Source: Pseudomonadota bacterium
Lineage (GTDB): Bacteria > Pseudomonadota > Alphaproteobacteria > Rhizobiales > Phreatobacteraceae
Direction: 5' to 3'
NCBI GenBank assembly: GCA_020161695.1
Contig: JAIUOO010000003.1
Location: forward strand, 168,043 to 232,042
Length of the DNA: 64,000 nt
Shown piece after piece: positions 60,315 to 64,000 of the stretch (its first letter is position 1; every line of letters starts with the position of its first letter). A program made the position numbers and the translations under genes. The notes beneath the pieces are model-generated. The model saw only the letters and a list, made by a program, of their open reading frames with translations. It was not told the DNA's origin and made no database searches.

Positions 60315-60399
60315 CGGACCGGGCGGCCCTGCCGCCCGCATCGACCCGGACGGGGGCGGCTCTCGCCGTCCCCGTGCCCGCAGTCTTCCGGAGAATCCC

Positions 60400-61365
60400 A
60401 TGGCCGACGCCGCGATCGCACGCTCCGATGCCCGCCCCGCTCCGGGCGAGCCCTCGGCGTGGCAACAGCTCAAGGTGAACCGCAACTGGCTGGGCTTCTG
60501 GTTCATGGTCCCTGCCATGGCCTTCCTCGTGCTCTTCCTGGTCTATCCGCTCGGCAAGGGCCTGTGGATGAGCTTCACCGACGCGCGCATCGGCCGCGAA
60601 GGACGCTTCGTCGGGCTGGAGAATTTCGAATGGCTGAGCGATGACAGCGACTTCATCCGCGCGCTGATATTCACCCTCGTCTTCACCTTCTTCGCCTCGG
60701 CGGTGAAATTCGCCATCGGCCTCTATCTGGCGCTGCTGCTCAACAACAACCTGCCGTTCAAGGCCTTCATCCGCTCGGTGGTGCTGATCCCCTTCATCGT
60801 GCCGACCGTGCTCTCGGCGGTGGCCTTCTGGTGGATTTTCGACACCCAGTTCTCGGTCATCACCTGGGGTCTGGTGAAGCTCGGCATCCTCGACCGCGGC
60901 TCGCCCATCAACTGGCTCGGCGACCCCTTCCTCGCCCAGTGCGTGGTCATCTTCGCCAATATCTGGCGCGGCATCCCGTTCATCGCCATCACCCTGCTCG
61001 CCGGCCTGCAGACCGTGTCGCCCTCGCTCTACGAGGCCGCGACGCTGGACGGCGCGTCGAAGTGGCAGAACTTCCGCTATGTGACCTATCCGCTGCTCAC
61101 CCCGATCATCGCGGTGGTCATGACCTTCTCGGTGCTGTTCACCTTCACCGACTTCCAGCTGATCTGGGCGATGACCCGCGGCGGGCCGGTGAACGCGACG
61201 CACCTGATGGCGACGCTCTCCTACCAGCGCGGCATTCTCGGCGGGAACCTCGGCGAGGGTGCGGCCATCGCCATCTCCATGGTGCCCTTCCTGCTCGCCG
61301 CCATCATGTTCTCGTGGTTCGGCCTGCAGCGCCGCAAGTGGCAGCAGGGAGAGAACAATGACTGA
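60400..61365 (+). CDS. Carbohydrate ABC transporter permease (MalF/UgpA-like)
   Basis: Six TM-like segments. EAA-like region YEAATLDGASKWQNFRYVTYPLL. Confidence 0.88.
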   Translation: MADAAIARSDARPAPGEPSAWQQLKVNRNWLGFWFMVPAMAFLVLFLVYPLGKGLWMSFTDARIGREGRFVGLENFEWLSDDSDFIRALIFTLVFTFFASAVKFAIGLYLALLLNNNLPFKAFIRSVVLIPFIVPTVLSAVAFWWIFDTQFSVITWGLVKLGILDRGSPINWLGDPFLAQCVVIFANIWRGIPFIAITLLAGLQTVSPSLYEAATLDGASKWQNFRYVTYPLLTPIIAVVMTFSVLFTFTDFQLIWAMTRGGPVNATHLMATLSYQRGILGGNLGEGAAIAISMVPFLLAAIMFSWFGLQRRKWQQGENND

Positions 61366-61452
61366 TCGAGGGCGCTGCATTCCTGTCAGCGACGCCGGCC
61401 GGCAAACCGGCGGCTATCGGCCGCAAATGGCAGCAGGGAGAGAACAATGACT
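61339..61452 (+). repeat. 25-bp perfect direct repeat (61339-61363 and 61428-61452) flanking a 64-bp spacer
   Basis: TGGCAGCAGGGAGAGAACAATGACT occurs twice. The first copy encodes the last codons of the permease (WQQGENND) up to the first base of its TGA stop. Confidence 0.9.
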
Positions 61453-61505
61453 AAAGTCCGCACCCTCTCCGCAAGCCGCATCCCTTCCGCCGACGGAGCC
61501 CTGTC

Positions 61506-62441
61506 ATGACCGCCACCGCCGGAACCGATCCGAAGACCGCAGCGGCCCTGGCAACGGCAGCGCGCGCGCCCGCCAGGGACGACCACTCCGAGGGCATGAG
61601 CTATCTGGAGAGCCTGCCGCGCAAGACGGTGACGGTCTACATGCCGCTCATCGTCATCATGGTCGTGCTGCTGTTCCCGTTCTACTGGATGGTCATCACC
61701 TCCATCAAACCGGATCAGGACCTCCTGGACCTCCACGGCGGCAACCCGCTCTGGGTGAGCGAGCCGACGTTCCGGCACGTCTACAAGCTGCTGTTCGAAT
61801 CGAACTATCCGACCTGGCTGTGGAACACGATGTTCGTGGCGGTCTGCGCCACCTTCCTGTCGATCATCGCCTCGGTTCTCGCCGCCTATGCCATTACCCG
61901 CATCCGCTACAAGGGCGCGCAGACGGTCGGCGGCCTGATCTTCCTCGCCTATCTCGTGCCGCCCTCCATCCTGTTCATCCCGCTGTCGACCATCATCCAC
62001 TTCTACGGCCTGTTCGACACGCCCTTCGCGCTGATCCTCACCTACCCGACCATCCTGATCCCGTTCTGCACCTGGCTGCTGATGGGCTACTTCAAGACCA
62101 TCCCCTACGAGCTGGAGGAATGCGCGCTGATCGACGGCGCCAGCCGCTGGCAGATCATGGTCAAGATCATCATCCCGCTGGCGATCCCCGGCCTGATCTC
62201 GGCCTTCATCTTCGCCTTCACGCTGTGCTGGAACGAGTTCATCTACGCGCTGACCTTCATCTCCTCGAACCCCAACAAGACGGTGCCCACCGCCATCGTC
62301 TCGGAGTTCGTCGACGGCGACGTGTTCCGCTGGGGCTCGCTCATGGCCGGCGCGCTGGTCGGCTCGCTGCCCCTCGTCATCCTCTACGCCTTCTTCGTCG
62401 AGCACTACGTTTCGGCCATGACCGGCGCGGTGAAGGAATAG
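61506..62441 (+). CDS. Carbohydrate ABC transporter permease (MalG/UgpE-like)
   Basis: ATG 7 nt after GGAG. LFPFYWMVITSIKP and ECALIDGASRWQIMVKIIIPL. Confidence 0.88.
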   Translation: MTATAGTDPKTAAALATAARAPARDDHSEGMSYLESLPRKTVTVYMPLIVIMVVLLFPFYWMVITSIKPDQDLLDLHGGNPLWVSEPTFRHVYKLLFESNYPTWLWNTMFVAVCATFLSIIASVLAAYAITRIRYKGAQTVGGLIFLAYLVPPSILFIPLSTIIHFYGLFDTPFALILTYPTILIPFCTWLLMGYFKTIPYELEECALIDGASRWQIMVKIIIPLAIPGLISAFIFAFTLCWNEFIYALTFISSNPNKTVPTAIVSEFVDGDVFRWGSLMAGALVGSLPLVILYAFFVEHYVSAMTGAVKE

Positions 62442-62458
62442 CGGCAGAAACGGATTCT

Positions 62459-62595
62459 CGTCATGGCCGGGCATAGGCGGCCTCGGGCCGCCGTCCTTGC
62501 GCTTAAGCGCCGAGGCTTTGCCGGCCATCCGCGACTTGAGCACGACAACTGGCGAAAATTCGTGGATGCCCGGCACAAGGCCGGGCAGGACGACG
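62459..62595 (-). repeat. MITE/REP-like composite repeat, copy B (~137 bp, inverted relative to copy A)
   Basis: CGTCATGGCCGGGCAT....ATGCCCGGCACAAGGCCGGGCAGGACGACG, with terminal inverted-repeat-like ends. Lies between the second permease gene and the dehydrogenase gene. Confidence 0.8.
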
Positions 62596-62635
62596 AGGCA
62601 TGTTCCAAGCAGGCACCCGATCAGGAATCTTTCCG

Positions 62636-63514
62636 ATGGCAACCATCTGTTTCGCCGGCCTCGGCGCCATGGGTCGGCCGATGGCGGCGAACCTCGCCAA
62701 AGCCGGTCACGCGGTCCACGGCACCGACGTCAATCCGGCCGCGCTCGACTGGCTTAAGGCGAACGGCGGCACGCCCTTCGCCACCGCGAAGGAGGCGGCC
62801 GCCGGGGCCGACGCTCTCGTCCTCATGGTGGTCAATGCCGATCAGGCCGAGGCCGTGCTGTTCGAGGCCGGCGCGCTCGATGCGCTGGCCCCCAGTGCCA
62901 TCGTCATCCTCTGCGCCACCTGCGCCCCGGCGCGCGCCGCCGCCATCGGCGCGAAGGTGGAGGCGACGCAGCGCCGCTTCGTCGACGCCCCGGTCTCCGG
63001 CGGCGTCGTCGGCGCCGAGGCCGGTTCGCTCACCATCATGGCCTCAGCCCCGACGAGCGTCTTCGCCGCCGCCGAGCCGATCCTCAAGGTGATGGGCTCG
63101 CGCCTGTTCCACGTCGGCGAGAAGGCCGGCGACGGCGCCATGGTGAAGACTATCAACCAGCTGCTTTGCGGCGTGCATATCGCGGCGGCGGCCGAGGCGC
63201 TGGCGCTCGGCGAGCGCGCCGGCCTCGATACGAAAGTGCTGCTCGACATCTATGGGTCGAGCGCGGCGGGCAGCTGGATGCTGAACAATCGCGGCCCGCG
63301 CATGCTGATGGACGATCCGCCGGTGACCTCGGCCGTCGACATCTTCGTCAAGGATCTCGGCATCGTCCTGGATGCCGGCCATTCCACCCGCGCGCCGCTG
63401 TTCCTGGCGGCGGCGGCCCACCAGCTCTTTCTCGCCGCCTCCGGCATGGGGCTTGGCAGCCGAGACGATTCGCAGGTGATCGAAGCCTATCGGGCAATGG
63501 CTCCGAAGGACTGA
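62636..63514 (+). CDS. NAD(P)-dependent oxidoreductase, 3-hydroxyisobutyrate dehydrogenase family
   Basis: MATICFAGLGAMGRPMAANL Rossmann motif, DAPVSGG, and GDGAMVKTINQLL. Confidence 0.85.
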   Translation: MATICFAGLGAMGRPMAANLAKAGHAVHGTDVNPAALDWLKANGGTPFATAKEAAAGADALVLMVVNADQAEAVLFEAGALDALAPSAIVILCATCAPARAAAIGAKVEATQRRFVDAPVSGGVVGAEAGSLTIMASAPTSVFAAAEPILKVMGSRLFHVGEKAGDGAMVKTINQLLCGVHIAAAAEALALGERAGLDTKVLLDIYGSSAAGSWMLNNRGPRMLMDDPPVTSAVDIFVKDLGIVLDAGHSTRAPLFLAAAAHQLFLAASGMGLGSRDDSQVIEAYRAMAPKD

Positions 63515-63627
63515 CAGCGCGTCGGGGCGGCACCGGCGCAGTTGCCGAACGTGCCGGAAACCTATCGGACCAGCGTTACGCTGTCAAGGATAAAATTCTT
63601 ACGATAGGACAAAAACTCTGCGGAGGA

Positions 63628-64000
63628 TCACGCCTCTTCGAGCTCGTCTTCCTCGTCGGCCTGATCGTCGGCCGTGTGCGGCAGGAGGGTCTTCTCGATC
63701 CGGCGCAGCAGCTTGCGCAGACGCTTGACGTCCTTGCCGTCGAGATCGGCGAGCATCTCGTCCTCGGCGGCGAACCAGAGGTCGTCCAGCGCCGCCGCCT
63801 TCTCGCCTCCGGCCTCCGTCAGGCCGACGCGCACCAGCCGGCCGTCGCCCGAACCTGGATTCTTCCGCTCGACAAGTCCCTGCGCGGCGAGGCGACCGAC
63901 CGTCTTGGAGGCGGTCGGCGGACGCACCCTGAGCGCCGATGCGAGGTCGCCCATGGTCATGTCGCCGCCGTCGGCGAGGATTTTCAGAACCTGTTCCTGA
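63628..64000 (-). CDS. MarR-family transcriptional regulator (N-terminus beyond the right window edge)
   Basis: The frame stays open upstream of the listed Met (..QEQVLKILADGGDMTMGDLASALRVRPPTASKTVGRLAAQGLVER). Winged HTH and an acidic C-terminal tail. Confidence 0.8.
   Translation of the reverse strand, partial: QEQVLKILADGGDMTMGDLASALRVRPPTASKTVGRLAAQGLVERKNPGSGDGRLVRVGLTEAGGEKAAALDDLWFAAEDEMLADLDGKDVKRLRKLLRRIEKTLLPHTADDQADEEDELEEA

Overview
This is a high-GC segment (about two-thirds G+C by eye, not computed). Its gene content and synteny look like core chromosome of an alphaproteobacterium of the Rhizobiales/Hyphomicrobiales type. I call 69 protein-coding genes, two of them cut by the window edges. 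They are densely packed and mostly housekeeping: prmC-prfA-ptsP, lysC, ubiG, a cold-shock protein, a UbiH-family hydroxylase, acnA, ccmAB, a J-domain/cobS/GNAT/cobT/esterase block, rpmF, phaR-phaA-phaB, argJ-mutT, ftsY, hemH, a SitABCD-type metal importer, an SPFH/NfeD pair and two more ABC importers. I found no rRNA, tRNA, CRISPR array, transposase, integrase, phage or recognisable defence genes. The many long ORFs antisense to real genes, up to 1154 aa, are high-GC artefacts. I do not see a clear-cut novel multi-gene system, and the window reads as ordinary core genome. Five things are most worth a second look. (1) An operon-like block at 10.8-17.3 kb combines a GntR regulator, an allophanate hydrolase split into two translationally coupled ORFs, a NitT/TauT-type ABC importer and a PuuE-like deacetylase-fold hydrolase, with no urea carboxylase or triazine enzymes. 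It is preceded by a promoter-like element and a ~200-nt structured leader. (2) A tightly coupled J-domain / CobS (AAA+) / GNAT / CobT (vWA) / secreted esterase block has no cobN nearby. (3) A family of palindromic REP/MITE-like intergenic repeats is present, with two ~120-140-bp copies in opposite orientation and two ~31-bp hairpin copies. (4) Small structural oddities include a 25-bp perfect direct repeat duplicating the 3' end of a permease gene and a 17-bp tandem duplication at the rpmF stop. (5) An AT-richer divergent intergenic region carries three CGTATCG copies next to a degenerate GGDEF-EAL gene. All functional calls rest on motif and family recognition from the supplied translations. 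No database search was possible.
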